Positions 18,594 through 27,943 of a stretch of 64,000 nucleotides of DNA are shown in pieces. Below the pieces are notes generated by a model. It did no database searches and was not told the DNA's origin. It saw only the letters and a program-made list of their open reading frames with translations. The stretch covers positions 1,152,001 through 1,216,000 of the forward strand of contig OY760907.1 of NCBI GenBank assembly GCA_963664195.1, written 5' to 3'. Position 1 is the stretch's first letter. Every line of letters begins with the position of its first letter. This DNA is from an uncultured candidate division Zixibacteria bacterium (GTDB taxonomy: Bacteria > Zixibacteria > MSB-5A5 > GN15 > FEB-12). The position numbers were made by a program, and so were the translations under genes.

Positions 18594-20252
18594 CTACATT
18601 TTGAAGCTGGACACTATCTGCTGAAGTTCTTCCGCTTGATCGTTCAGCATTTTGGCGGCCTCCAGAGATTCCTCTGATTGCCTGGCGGTGCTCTCCGTCA
18701 CAGAACTGATTGCCTCGACACTCTGCGCAACCTCGTTGGCCACGGCGGTCTGTTGGTCCGAAACCTGCGCGATCTGTTCCACCATATTCATCACGCTTTG
18801 TGACATCTGCACGATTTCGCCAAGGCTTGAGCCGGCCTGGTCAGCCAGCTCGCGTCCCTTGTCAACTTCGACAATGCCGGATTCCATCGACTGAACAACG
18901 CCGGAGGTTTTCGACTGCACCTCTTTGATGACGTTGGATATCTCGGCCGTGGCTGTTCCGGTTCGCTCGGCCAGCTTGCGCACCTCATCGGCGACCACGG
19001 CAAAGCCTCTCCCCTGTTCACCGGCACGTGCCGCCTCAATGGCTGCGTTCAGGGCCAGAAGGTTGGTCTGGTCGGCTATGTCATCGATAACACTGATGAT
19101 TTCACCGATCTGCTCGGCCGATTCCGCCAGATCACCGATCGAGTCTGCTGACTGACGGACAACTTCGGCAATGGCGCGCATACCGTCAATCGTCTCCGTC
19201 ACAATCCGCCCACCGGTCGACGCGGTCTCGGAAGCCTCTCTCGACGCCGAACTGGCATCGGTCGCGCCCTTGGATGACTCGGTGATGTTCGCAGTCATTT
19301 CCTCGACCGCTGCCGAGACTCCGCTGACCTGTTCGGCCTGTTCACGGGCACCTTTGGACATCTGCTCAGACGATGCTTCAATCTCTGCCACACCTGCCAC
19401 GAGTTGCTGGGCGTGTTGCCCCAACTGTCGAATCATCCTGACCAAATTCGAACTCATTTTCTTGAAGGCATTGCCGAGGACGTCGGTCTCCGAGCGGGGC
19501 TCTATGATAACGCTCAGATCGTTTGCGGCTATCCGCTCGGCGGCATCGGAAAGCGTCTCCAGGTAATCCTTGAGCGACCGGAAAGTGTCGGCGAGAGCAC
19601 CGATTTCATCTTTCGACTCGTACTTGATATTGAAATCGAGATTGCCTACTGCCAACTGGCGAGCGCCGTCCTCCAATTCCTTGATCGGCTGCGAAATGAC
19701 TCGCTGGAATCGGGCGGCGACAAGTAGTCCTATCAGGGCCGCCGCCAACGAGAACAGCAGTGAGGAACCAACGAAAGACTCCAGGCGCGCCGCCTTCTCG
19801 TCGAGATCCGAGCACAACCACAGACGACCAATCTCTTCGTCATCCGACATGATGGGCCTGCGAACTGTCAGCGTATTCCCGTCGCTGAATATGCCGTCTT
19901 CGGATAGGTCCGGCATTGACGACGGTACCGTTTCATTCGCGCGAACATAGGCGGCAAACTTCGTCTCGTTCGGAAGTATGACCGCTGCCCACACAACGTG
20001 AGAGTCACTCTTGAGCGACTGCAGAACTTCCACCGCTGTTGCGTCGTCTTCAAACTCCACCGCACTGACGCAATTGTACGCCAGAATTTCCGTCATCAGC
20101 CCCGCGTTTTCTGCCAACCCCTTTTCGAAACTGCTCTGATCGCTTACAATTAGCGCGCAGCATGCGAGCGCAAGCGTAAAGACGCTGGTGGCTACAACCG
20201 CCAGTGTCAGCTTCACTCGAATAGACCGGTTTCGAAAGCCCAACAGATTCAT
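18594..20252 (-). CDS. Methyl-accepting chemotaxis protein (CHASE8-like periplasmic domain, HAMP)
   Basis: Two TMs, HAMP ('DEIGALA') and the MCP hairpin [40 protein letters not shown]. The periplasmic '[18 protein letters not shown]' resembles YfiN-type CHASE8. Confidence 0.93.
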   Translation of the reverse strand: MNLLGFRNRSIRVKLTLAVVATSVFTLALACCALIVSDQSSFEKGLAENAGLMTEILAYNCVSAVEFEDDATAVEVLQSLKSDSHVVWAAVILPNETKFAAYVRANETVPSSMPDLSEDGIFSDGNTLTVRRPIMSDDEEIGRLWLCSDLDEKAARLESFVGSSLLFSLAAALIGLLVAARFQRVISQPIKELEDGARQLAVGNLDFNIKYESKDEIGALADTFRSLKDYLETLSDAAERIAANDLSVIIEPRSETDVLGNAFKKMSSNLVRMIRQLGQHAQQLVAGVAEIEASSEQMSKGAREQAEQVSGVSAAVEEMTANITESSKGATDASSASREASETASTGGRIVTETIDGMRAIAEVVRQSADSIGDLAESAEQIGEIISVIDDIADQTNLLALNAAIEAARAGEQGRGFAVVADEVRKLAERTGTATAEISNVIKEVQSKTSGVVQSMESGIVEVDKGRELADQAGSSLGEIVQMSQSVMNMVEQIAQVSDQQTAVANEVAQSVEAISSVTESTARQSEESLEAAKMLNDQAEELQQIVSSFKM

Positions 20253-20476
20253 TCCAGGTTCCTTCCCGTCTGCAAACTCAACATGAGTATTGTTTTGAGT
20301 AGAGATTTGTCTCGTCTCTATAGAGTTCTGTCGACAGCTTTGCGACTGTTCCTGACCTGAGCAGGATGTTCTGCGCTGTTTTGTACACCGCCAGGATAGT
20401 GATACTAACTAGCGGTCCTGCCGAACTCGTCTCAGATAACGGCAGATGCAATCCGCATCAATTCACCTCCCGGCCT

Positions 20477-20504
20477 TAAAGAGTCCGGTGGGATTCTCCG
20501 ATAG
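20477..20504 (+). promoter_or_regulatory. sigma28(FliA)-like promoter TAAA-N16-TCCGATAG upstream of yfiR
   Basis: Resembles TAAA-N15-GCCGATAA. Confidence 0.4.
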
Positions 20505-20643
20505 AAATAGCAGAGGCTCTGCTCTGCTTCGACAGACCTCGGGGACAATTGGCGGAAACGTTTATCACGTGTTATTTGTTGTTGCATAGTAGTTAAGCCA
20601 GGCCCATATTGAGGTACCTGGGGGCAACGCACAGAGGGTACAA

Positions 20644-21168
20644 ATGAAGAAAACACTCCTGATTGGCATCACGCTGGTCTTCTGTTTCGCTGCAATGGGA
20701 CAGTCGATGACAGAAGAGGAAATCGACCACAAGGCCGACGTAATTATCAAAATCATCCAGTTCGGCGAGTGGCCTGAAACCGCCAAAACTGACGCGGATG
20801 GAAACATCGTGATCAACGTGGTCGGCGACTCCCCGCTAACATCAAGGCTTGAAGAACTGGCGAAGGAAGAATCCGCCAAAGGGACACCTGTTGTGGTAAA
20901 AGTTGTTTCCATTGAAGACGATATTGCCGCGTGCCAGATTCTGTTCATGGCCACCAAAGAGACCGCTGACCTAGCCAAAGTCCTGAAAAAAGTCGACGGC
21001 AAACCGTGCTTCACGGTCAGCGACGCTGAGTATTTCGCCCGCTACGGTGTCATGGTCAATTTCGTCACAGTGGATGGTAAGACCAAGTTCGAAGTTAATC
21101 GCACGACCATGAAGATGTCTGGCCTCAAGATGAGTTCCAAAATGCTCAAGATGGCCGTGATTATCTAG
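20644..21168 (+). CDS. YfiR/HmsC (DUF4154) family periplasmic protein
   Basis: Signal peptide; 'KA..I.KIIQFGEWP', 'CQILF', 'GVMVNF...FEVN...GLKMSSKMLKMA'. Confidence 0.85.
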   Translation: MKKTLLIGITLVFCFAAMGQSMTEEEIDHKADVIIKIIQFGEWPETAKTDADGNIVINVVGDSPLTSRLEELAKEESAKGTPVVVKVVSIEDDIAACQILFMATKETADLAKVLKKVDGKPCFTVSDAEYFARYGVMVNFVTVDGKTKFEVNRTTMKMSGLKMSSKMLKMAVII

Positions 21169-21193
21169 AAGACCATAACTCGATTTCATGCAA

Positions 21194-21227
21194 GACGGGG
21201 TGCTCTAAGGCATCCCGTTTTCGTTTT
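21194..21227 (+). terminator. Intrinsic terminator after yfiR
   Basis: acggggtgc/gcatcccgt-type stem followed by a T-rich tract. Confidence 0.65.
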
Positions 21228-21259
21228 CAACTCAGCCTAACTTCTTTCATTCAACCGGA

Positions 21260-21288
21260 TTGACAGCTTGGCGTGCATGGGTTACCTT
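21260..21288 (+). promoter_or_regulatory. sigma70 promoter TTGACA-N17-TACCTT
   Basis: Consensus -35 with 17-bp spacing upstream of the GNAT gene. Confidence 0.55.
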
Positions 21289-21338
21289 CTGTCAGCAACC
21301 GGTGAACCACACTCTATTCCGGACAGGAGACAACGCCC

Positions 21339-22358
21339 GTGAACCTCCTTCACATTGCCGACTCGGCCTTCACTGACCAGCATTGGCAGTCGTACTATAT
21401 GCTACTGAAGCAATTGAATGACAAGTACGACTCTCCCGTGGCAAGAATCGGTTGGGAGCAGACCAAGGCAAGGCTTAGATCTCTCGTTGACTCGGATTCC
21501 AACTACTCAAGGTTTGTTGTATTCGACGGTGAGAGTCCGGTAGGTTGGTCTGATTTGAAAGTGTTATCAGCCGGAACCCCGGAACAGAATGCCATGGTCA
21601 AAATCGACGCCGTACACGAGGTAATCCCCGCGGAGTTTGAACGAACCGTTGGGACGGAGATCCTCCGACTGTTGGACGAGCAGGGCACTACGGGAGCACA
21701 CTTCATGGCCACAACTCAGCGCCTTTCTGCCATGGCTCGCCATATGTTCGCCCGTGAACTTGATCACATAGACCGGTTTCGACTCTATAGAGACCGGGCG
21801 GACACGTCGCGAATGAGGTCCTGGCTCGAGGAATTGCCGCGAGCCAATCCCGAGCTTCATCTGGAGTTCTTCTCTCCCGTCCCGGAGGAACATCTGGCAG
21901 CTTACACTTCGCTGTTCGTAACCTACATTCGGGAAATGCCGACGGAAAGAGAGTCCGATAACGAGTTTCGATGGTCTGTGGAGGAAACAAGAAGGGATAT
22001 TGAGTGGCGGCAAAAGAACGACGTCCACCTGTACACTTACGCCCTGTTCAACGATGACGGCGTCATGGTCGGCCACTCGAATGCAGCCCTGACCGGTGCT
22101 GATCCTTCCGATGTGTACCAGGCAATGACGGGAATCAGCCGCGAGTATCGCGGGCGGGGATTGTCGCGCTGGCTCAAAGCGGCATTGTTCTTCAAAGTGG
22201 GCGAGGATTTTCCTGCTAATCGTTACATGACCACCGACATGCGCGCGGCCAACGCACCGATTCAGAAAGTCAACTCAGAGATGGGCTATGTACTGCTGAG
22301 TTCGGGCAACGAATTCGAGCTTACGGCTGAAGGAATTCGGAGATTCATGGGTAGTTGA
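21339..22358 (+). CDS. Tandem GNAT family N-acetyltransferase
   Basis: C-terminal 'TGISREYRGRGLSRWLK' and 'N..IQKVN..MGY'. AGGAG SD before a GTG start. Confidence 0.8.
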   Translation: MNLLHIADSAFTDQHWQSYYMLLKQLNDKYDSPVARIGWEQTKARLRSLVDSDSNYSRFVVFDGESPVGWSDLKVLSAGTPEQNAMVKIDAVHEVIPAEFERTVGTEILRLLDEQGTTGAHFMATTQRLSAMARHMFARELDHIDRFRLYRDRADTSRMRSWLEELPRANPELHLEFFSPVPEEHLAAYTSLFVTYIREMPTERESDNEFRWSVEETRRDIEWRQKNDVHLYTYALFNDDGVMVGHSNAALTGADPSDVYQAMTGISREYRGRGLSRWLKAALFFKVGEDFPANRYMTTDMRAANAPIQKVNSEMGYVLLSSGNEFELTAEGIRRFMGS

Positions 22359-22426
22359 CGGATCGGTTTCGGGCGTCGTGCCTCCCCCTCCTCTCGGCAA
22401 TTTGCGCGTTGCTGTGGAACGTGAAT

Positions 22427-22957
22427 CTAGGTAGTCAGCTCCGAAGCTGGTTTGAACGTGAGATTGCTCCTGAGAAGAAGCCTTTCGCCGCCACAGTCAA
22501 CAGCGATAGTGAAAATCTCACCTGCCGGACCCATCTCTATCATCCGGCCGGCCTCATCAATCACTTCGGGCAGAAATATCTGAGTCTGTGTTCTGGCAAT
22601 CGACAGGCGGGCCCGCAGAACACCCGTCACCTGGTTGACGATTTCTCCAACACCTTCCTTGAGCAACTCGTCCGGAAGCTCTTCCGGCTCACAATAGGCG
22701 ATGGCACAGCCAATCTTCCTCGCCAGTGTGTTAGGAACTGAGAGGGCGAACACTCCCTCCACATCGCCGCTCATCTTCATCAACGCGGTTATTGTATCCG
22801 GCGGATTGGCCAGGTCGACGTCGGTCTTGGATTCCTCGACCCAATCCACTTCCATCATGGCGACGGTTTGCATTACAAACCCGGCGACATCGACCAGAAC
22901 ATCGAGAATGTCCTTCGATGACTTTGCATCATGATGATTATGTTGAGATATCGTCAA
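22427..22957 (-). CDS. Chemotaxis phosphatase CheX-like protein
   Basis: Motifs 'MSGDVEG' and 'EGVGEIVNQVTG' (E..N). Start uncertain; a TTG after GAGG was chosen. Confidence 0.75.
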   Translation of the reverse strand: MTISQHNHHDAKSSKDILDVLVDVAGFVMQTVAMMEVDWVEESKTDVDLANPPDTITALMKMSGDVEGVFALSVPNTLARKIGCAIAYCEPEELPDELLKEGVGEIVNQVTGVLRARLSIARTQTQIFLPEVIDEAGRMIEMGPAGEIFTIAVDCGGERLLLRSNLTFKPASELTT

Positions 22958-23040
22958 ACCGGTTTCCTCTTTCCCTGCGTCATAGCACGCGGCGCCCCCT
23001 CCGGTGCAAAATCCGAGCGTGCCCGGCACGCCCGCTACTA

Positions 23041-23427
23041 CTACGACTTCACCGCCTGTTTTGAGTCAATTGTTGATCTGATCTGTTTAGAGAGATCAGC
23101 GGGAGTGTACGGCTTGACGAGATAAGAGTTGGCTCCGGCTTTGATAGCCTTGATCACATCCTCCTGAACTCCGGCAGCGGTTGCCATCAGTACGGGAATA
23201 TGGTCGTATTCCCTGTGTGATCGTATCTTGACCAGAGCATCATAGCCATCCATAATCGGCATGTTCCAATCAAGGATGATAAGTGCCACGTCGCTACTGT
23301 GCTTCCTCAGTTTTGCCAGCGCTTCGGCCCCGTTTTCGGCCTCAACCGGCATGAAACCCGTCTCCTTGGCTACCTTGGCGATTGCCTTGCGCAAGATACC
23401 CGAGTCTTCAGCAACCAGGATTTTCAT
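23041..23427 (-). CDS. Single-domain response regulator, CheY-like
   Basis: Motifs 'KILVAED', 'DWNMP.MDG' and 'YLVKPY'; immediately upstream of cheX. Confidence 0.88.
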   Translation of the reverse strand: MKILVAEDSGILRKAIAKVAKETGFMPVEAENGAEALAKLRKHSSDVALIILDWNMPIMDGYDALVKIRSHREYDHIPVLMATAAGVQEDVIKAIKAGANSYLVKPYTPADLSKQIRSTIDSKQAVKS

Positions 23428-23466
23428 AAGCTCTCCAATTCCTATCGCAGATGTATTTGCTATTCC

Positions 23467-23494
23467 TTATCGGCCGCCGGTTCAGGCCGATTGA
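23467..23494 (-). promoter_or_regulatory. sigma28-like promoter TCAA-N16-GCCGATAA upstream of cheY
   Basis: Perfect sigma28 -10 octamer GCCGATAA. Confidence 0.55.
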
Positions 23495-23569
23495 CAGCGT
23501 GCATCGGACTGACAGCACGATTGCGCGATGTTTGCGCAGAAGACGTGGACTTGACCCTCAAAGGCAGGC

Positions 23570-23622
23570 AAAAAAACGGCGGTTGTCTGGGAGTCAATAA
23601 TCGGCTCGCCGGACAACCGCCG
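23570..23622 (-). terminator. Intrinsic terminator after the glutamate-synthase-like gene
   Basis: cggcggttgtctgg/ccggacaaccgccg stem and a 7-T tract on the minus strand. Confidence 0.75.
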
Positions 23623-23651
23623 CATCCAGCTGATTTGAGAATACTGGCCTA

Positions 23652-25058
23652 TTACACGTGCTCTATGTCCGTATGATGGGAGACTTCTGAATTCGTTGTA
23701 CAGAGATCACTCATACACAGATCGTGCACGCTGTCCCGACCGGTAAGGCGGGCAAAATCCCTCAGATCATCGGTGGCAACCCGAAGGTAGTTTTCAAGAC
23801 CAAGAGCCGATCTCTCTATGTGCAGTCTCGCCCGAAGCTCCGGATCCTGTGTGGCAATCCCCGTTGGGCATTTTCCTGTGTGGCACACGCGATACTGCTG
23901 ACAGCCACAGGCCATGAGCGCCGCCGTCGCCAGGGCAATGGCATCCGCTCCCAGCGCAAGAGCCTTCGCAAAATCGCAGGATACACGCAAGCCGCCGGTA
24001 ATGACCAGGGAAACATCGGTCGCGCCCTGCACATCCAAATACCTCCGCGCCCGGTAGAGTGCGAATATCGTCGGAATGGAGGTCGCCGCTTTGACGTACT
24101 TCGAGGCTGCCCCAGTGGAACCCGGCCGACCATCGATAGTGATGAAATCCGGTTTCGCCTTCAACGCAACTTCAAGATCAGCCTCAATCTCCCCGGCCGC
24201 CAGCTTGATCCCGATCGGGCGACCCTCAGACTGCTTTCGCAACCATTCGACTTTCCGGCACAGTTGCTCGCCGGTACGAATATCCTCGAAGTGTGACGGG
24301 CTGGTAATATCCTCACCGACCTCTCGGCCACGTATTTTCGCAACTTCAGCAGTGACCTTCCCGCCCGGAAGATGCCCGCCCATGCCCGGTTTGGCCGACT
24401 GTCCGATCTTGATCTCAATCGCATCGACTTGCTTCAGGACGTCATCGGTTACGCTGTACAGGTTCGGAACATACTCAAAGATATATTTGTACGACGCCCG
24501 ACGGGACTCCGGAAGAATCCCTCCCTCGCCGGAGCACATGGCGGTTTTCACCGCCGCACTGCCGGTAGCGAGAGCGATTTTGGCTTCGCGCGACAGCGCA
24601 CCAAAGGACATATGGGAGATATACAGGGGGGTTTCGATCACCAGCGGCTGTTTGGCCGAGGGACCAATAACGGTCTGTGTATTGACCGGATCCTCCTGGT
24701 TCAGAGGCATCCGGGCAAGTTGTGCTCCCTTGATGAGCAGGTCGTCCCAGGAAATCACCGGTCGTTTGGTGCGCATCGGCTCGGTGGTCGATTCCCCGCT
24801 TGCCGCCATCTGGTGGATGTCGGCCATGTGCACCTCAAGTTCATCCGATGACCGGACAAACGCCGAAGCGGCAGCAGACGGACCGGCGGCTCCCGTTGTG
24901 TCGCCGGTCGCGGACTGCTCACCGTCTACTTCGTGACAGTACGACTTCGGAGACTCACACACCGGGCAAACCCAATTATCGGGAAGGTCGTCCCATCTGA
25001 CGCCTTCCTTCTCCTCATCGTATTCGTAGTCACATACTTCGCACTTGTAGACAGCCAT
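23652..25058 (-). CDS. Rubredoxin-fused glutamate synthase-related FMN-binding protein
   Basis: N-terminal rubredoxin (CEVC...WVCPVC), then MSFGALS, GEGG, EIKIGQSAKPG.GG and CQQYRVCHTGKCPTG. Confidence 0.9.
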   Translation of the reverse strand: MAVYKCEVCDYEYDEEKEGVRWDDLPDNWVCPVCESPKSYCHEVDGEQSATGDTTGAAGPSAAASAFVRSSDELEVHMADIHQMAASGESTTEPMRTKRPVISWDDLLIKGAQLARMPLNQEDPVNTQTVIGPSAKQPLVIETPLYISHMSFGALSREAKIALATGSAAVKTAMCSGEGGILPESRRASYKYIFEYVPNLYSVTDDVLKQVDAIEIKIGQSAKPGMGGHLPGGKVTAEVAKIRGREVGEDITSPSHFEDIRTGEQLCRKVEWLRKQSEGRPIGIKLAAGEIEADLEVALKAKPDFITIDGRPGSTGAASKYVKAATSIPTIFALYRARRYLDVQGATDVSLVITGGLRVSCDFAKALALGADAIALATAALMACGCQQYRVCHTGKCPTGIATQDPELRARLHIERSALGLENYLRVATDDLRDFARLTGRDSVHDLCMSDLCTTNSEVSHHTDIEHV

Positions 25059-25068
25059 AATTCACCTG

Positions 25069-25590
25069 CTAGAGGTCCATTGAGGCCGGTTCGTAGTATT
25101 CTCTCGGATGCTTGCAGCACGGGCACTTAGCCGGCGGCTCTTTCCCCTCGTGAATGTAACCGCAAACACTGCAACGCCATTTGATTGGTTCATCTCTTTT
25201 GAAGACCGTTCCGTTTTCGACCATTTCAACCAACCGGCGATACCGGTCGCGATGCTCGGCCTCAACTTTGGCGATCATCTTGAACAACACAGCCGCCTGC
25301 TTATTGCCTTCTTCCTCGGCCTCTTTTGCAAAGGTCGGATACATATCAACCGTCTCGTAATGCTCACCTTCGGCTGCCTCTTTCAGATTCTGGAGCGTAT
25401 CTTTGATGCCGCCGAGCAGGGCGAATTCGTCCTTGGCATGGCGGAGTTCGTTCATCGCAGTCTCTTCAAATACCTTCCCGATATAGTGATATCCTTCCTT
25501 GTGCGCAATCTTGGCATAATACGTGTACTTGTTCCTCGCCTGGGCTTCACCGGCGAATGCCGCTTTCAGATTCTCTTCGGTTTTGCTCAT
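25069..25590 (-). CDS. Rubrerythrin family protein
   Basis: AFAGE..A, E..H diiron motifs and C-terminal CSVC...CPCC. Confidence 0.93.
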   Translation of the reverse strand: MSKTEENLKAAFAGEAQARNKYTYYAKIAHKEGYHYIGKVFEETAMNELRHAKDEFALLGGIKDTLQNLKEAAEGEHYETVDMYPTFAKEAEEEGNKQAAVLFKMIAKVEAEHRDRYRRLVEMVENGTVFKRDEPIKWRCSVCGYIHEGKEPPAKCPCCKHPREYYEPASMDL

Positions 25591-25787
25591 AGTTCAACTC
25601 CTAATATATGTAAGTATGAATCAAGGTCGCAGATTTGGCAGACGCCCCCCGTATTCCGAACGCGCGATGCACATTGAGTATGTATAAGACAATGCGAGCC
25701 GACAATCAAGCAGACAGATGAATCGAAGTCTCCCCCCGGAGTGCGGCTATCGAGTCCGGCGCGACAGAATCCGACCGAAAGGAGACG

Positions 25788-26153
25788 CTACTCGCTGATC
25801 TCCCGTCGATATGACTCCCGGTGAATATCCGATATCTGCACGGTGATACTGCACTTGAGCTTCTCCAAAGAGCGCGGATATGCGGTCTTCAGGAAGGCCA
25901 GCGCCCTCTCGGCCAGCGATTGCTTGATTTCATCTGCGCGACCGCTCAATATGCAGATATTCAGCGTAACGAAACAGCCGGATAGCTCACCGTCCCCGAC
26001 AACGTACTGATCGTGCACGATCACGCGGCTCTTGATGTCGTTCCGCTGGAACAGACCGGTCTCCATGAGGATGTCATGAATGCCGAGCAGCAGTGACCGT
26101 ACGTCGGGATTATCTATGATATTGTTCGAATGCTCGAGAATACAATGCGGCAT
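25788..26153 (-). CDS. 5-carboxymethyl-2-hydroxymuconate isomerase-like tautomerase
   Basis: N-terminal MPH..LEHS (catalytic Pro1), 'IKSR' and 'GR'. AGGAGG SD. Confidence 0.85.
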   Translation of the reverse strand: MPHCILEHSNNIIDNPDVRSLLLGIHDILMETGLFQRNDIKSRVIVHDQYVVGDGELSGCFVTLNICILSGRADEIKQSLAERALAFLKTAYPRSLEKLKCSITVQISDIHRESYRREISE

Positions 26154-26364
26154 GGTGTGCACCTCCTTTCAAGGGCAAAGCCTGCCTCCTCCCTTCACTC
26201 ATGGATAGGTACTCCACCGCAGAAAAGCAAGTCCGGACAGCACCCCGGTGACGGATCGCCGCAGACTGAATCTGAATTGTTATTGACACGCCGGCGACCG
26301 GTTCGTATTGATTCGCATTATAATCTCCCTCATTTATGTGAGATTATCGGGTCACGGAATGCCT

Positions 26365-27672
26365 ATGAAGCAGTCGACATCATTGGAGTCCAACGCTCCC
26401 GGAACAGGCGAGGAAATGTACAGTCTCGCCAGGCGACTATTCCCTATCTGCCGGAGTCTGACAGGCGATGGAGTACGTGAAACGCTGTCGATTTTGCGGG
26501 AGATCATTCCGATTGAAACGCACGAGGTGCCATCGGGAACTCAGGCATTCGACTGGGAAATACCGCCGGAATGGAATATCAGGGATGCCTACATTAAGGA
26601 TGATACGGGCAAGCGAGTGGTCGATTTTGCCGAGTCTAACCTGCACGTGGTCGGCTACTCGATACCTTTCGAGGGACGTTTGTCTCTTCAGGAGTTAAAC
26701 GAACATCTCTATTCCCTCCCTGAACAGCCCGATCTGATTCCGTACATCACCAGCTACTACTCGCCAAGGTGGGGTTTCTGCTTGACGCACCGGCAGAGAG
26801 AGACCCTGGCCGAAGGCACGTACGAAGTGTGTGTAGACTCAACGCTTGAACCTGGTTCGCTGACCTACGCTGACCTTCTTATCAAAGGGTCCTCAGACCG
26901 GCAGATACTCATTTCGACCTACGTCTGCCATCCTTCTATGGCCAACAACGAGCTCTCCGGTCCGATAGTAGCGACGTTTCTGGCCAGACAGTTGCTAGAG
27001 TTGAAAAATCTCCGGTATAGCTACCGATTTGTGTTCGCACCGGAAACGATTGGCTCTATCGTATATCTAAGCAAACATCTCGAAGAACTCAGAGAGAAGG
27101 TCATTGCAGGCTATGTGGTTACCTGCGCCGGAGATCCCGGTCCCTTCTCCTATCTCCAGACCCCAAACGGCGACTCACTGGTCGACAAGGTAACCAAACA
27201 CGTGCTGGAGAACAGCGGTGAAGAGTACATGCTATATGACTTCCTCACGCGTGGCAGCGACGAGCGTCAGTACTGCTCACCGGGAGTGAATCTCCCCATC
27301 GGGTCGCTCATGCGTACGAAATACGGAGAATACCCGTACCACACGTCGGGGGATAACCTGTCGTTTGTCACGGCTGGAGGTCTCGCCGGATCATTGGCTC
27401 TATACGGCCGCTGTCTTGAAACGATTGAGCAAAATGCCACCTATCGCGTTACCGTCTGCGGTGAACCACAACTGAGTAAGCGGGGTCTGTACCCCACGCT
27501 CAGCACCAAGGAATCGGGCAAACTGGTACGCCGCATGATGAACCTGTTGGCTTTCAGCGACGGCTCACGGGATTTGCTGAGCGTTGCCGAGCGCATTGGA
27601 GAGCCGGTCTGGGAACTGTTCCCGATAGTTGACCGGATGCTGGAACACGACCTGTTGGAACGGGTTGACTAG
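26365..27672 (+). CDS. DUF4910 aminopeptidase-like (M28-type) protein with C-terminal winged helix
   Basis: Motifs 'LFPICRSLTGDG', 'HPSMANNELSG', 'PETIG', 'GSDERQ' and 'YHTS.D'. Start uncertain (26359, 26365 or 26416). Confidence 0.88.
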   Translation: MKQSTSLESNAPGTGEEMYSLARRLFPICRSLTGDGVRETLSILREIIPIETHEVPSGTQAFDWEIPPEWNIRDAYIKDDTGKRVVDFAESNLHVVGYSIPFEGRLSLQELNEHLYSLPEQPDLIPYITSYYSPRWGFCLTHRQRETLAEGTYEVCVDSTLEPGSLTYADLLIKGSSDRQILISTYVCHPSMANNELSGPIVATFLARQLLELKNLRYSYRFVFAPETIGSIVYLSKHLEELREKVIAGYVVTCAGDPGPFSYLQTPNGDSLVDKVTKHVLENSGEEYMLYDFLTRGSDERQYCSPGVNLPIGSLMRTKYGEYPYHTSGDNLSFVTAGGLAGSLALYGRCLETIEQNATYRVTVCGEPQLSKRGLYPTLSTKESGKLVRRMMNLLAFSDGSRDLLSVAERIGEPVWELFPIVDRMLEHDLLERVD

Positions 27673-27706
27673 AAAGAGACCTAATTCGAACCGAGGAGAT
27701 ACGGCG

Positions 27707-27943
27707 GTGACAAACGCAACCGATCTGGTTATAGATAGTATCAAGGAAGTAATGCAGCAGAATGATCTGGAGGAATCGCCGCTCACACCCGATACGGCCA
27801 TCCTGAACGACACTTCTCTGGATTCTCTGGCACTGGCAGAACTGCTCATTGTCCTGGAGGGAAAAACGCAGATAGATCCCTTTGCCAACGGATTCATCAA
27901 TTTTCGGACAATCGAAGAACTCGCCAGGCTCTATGAACAGTGA
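27707..27943 (+). CDS. Acyl carrier protein
   Basis: Motif 'LDSLALAEL'. GTG start after GAGGAG. Confidence 0.85.
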   Translation: MTNATDLVIDSIKEVMQQNDLEESPLTPDTAILNDTSLDSLALAELLIVLEGKTQIDPFANGFINFRTIEELARLYEQ

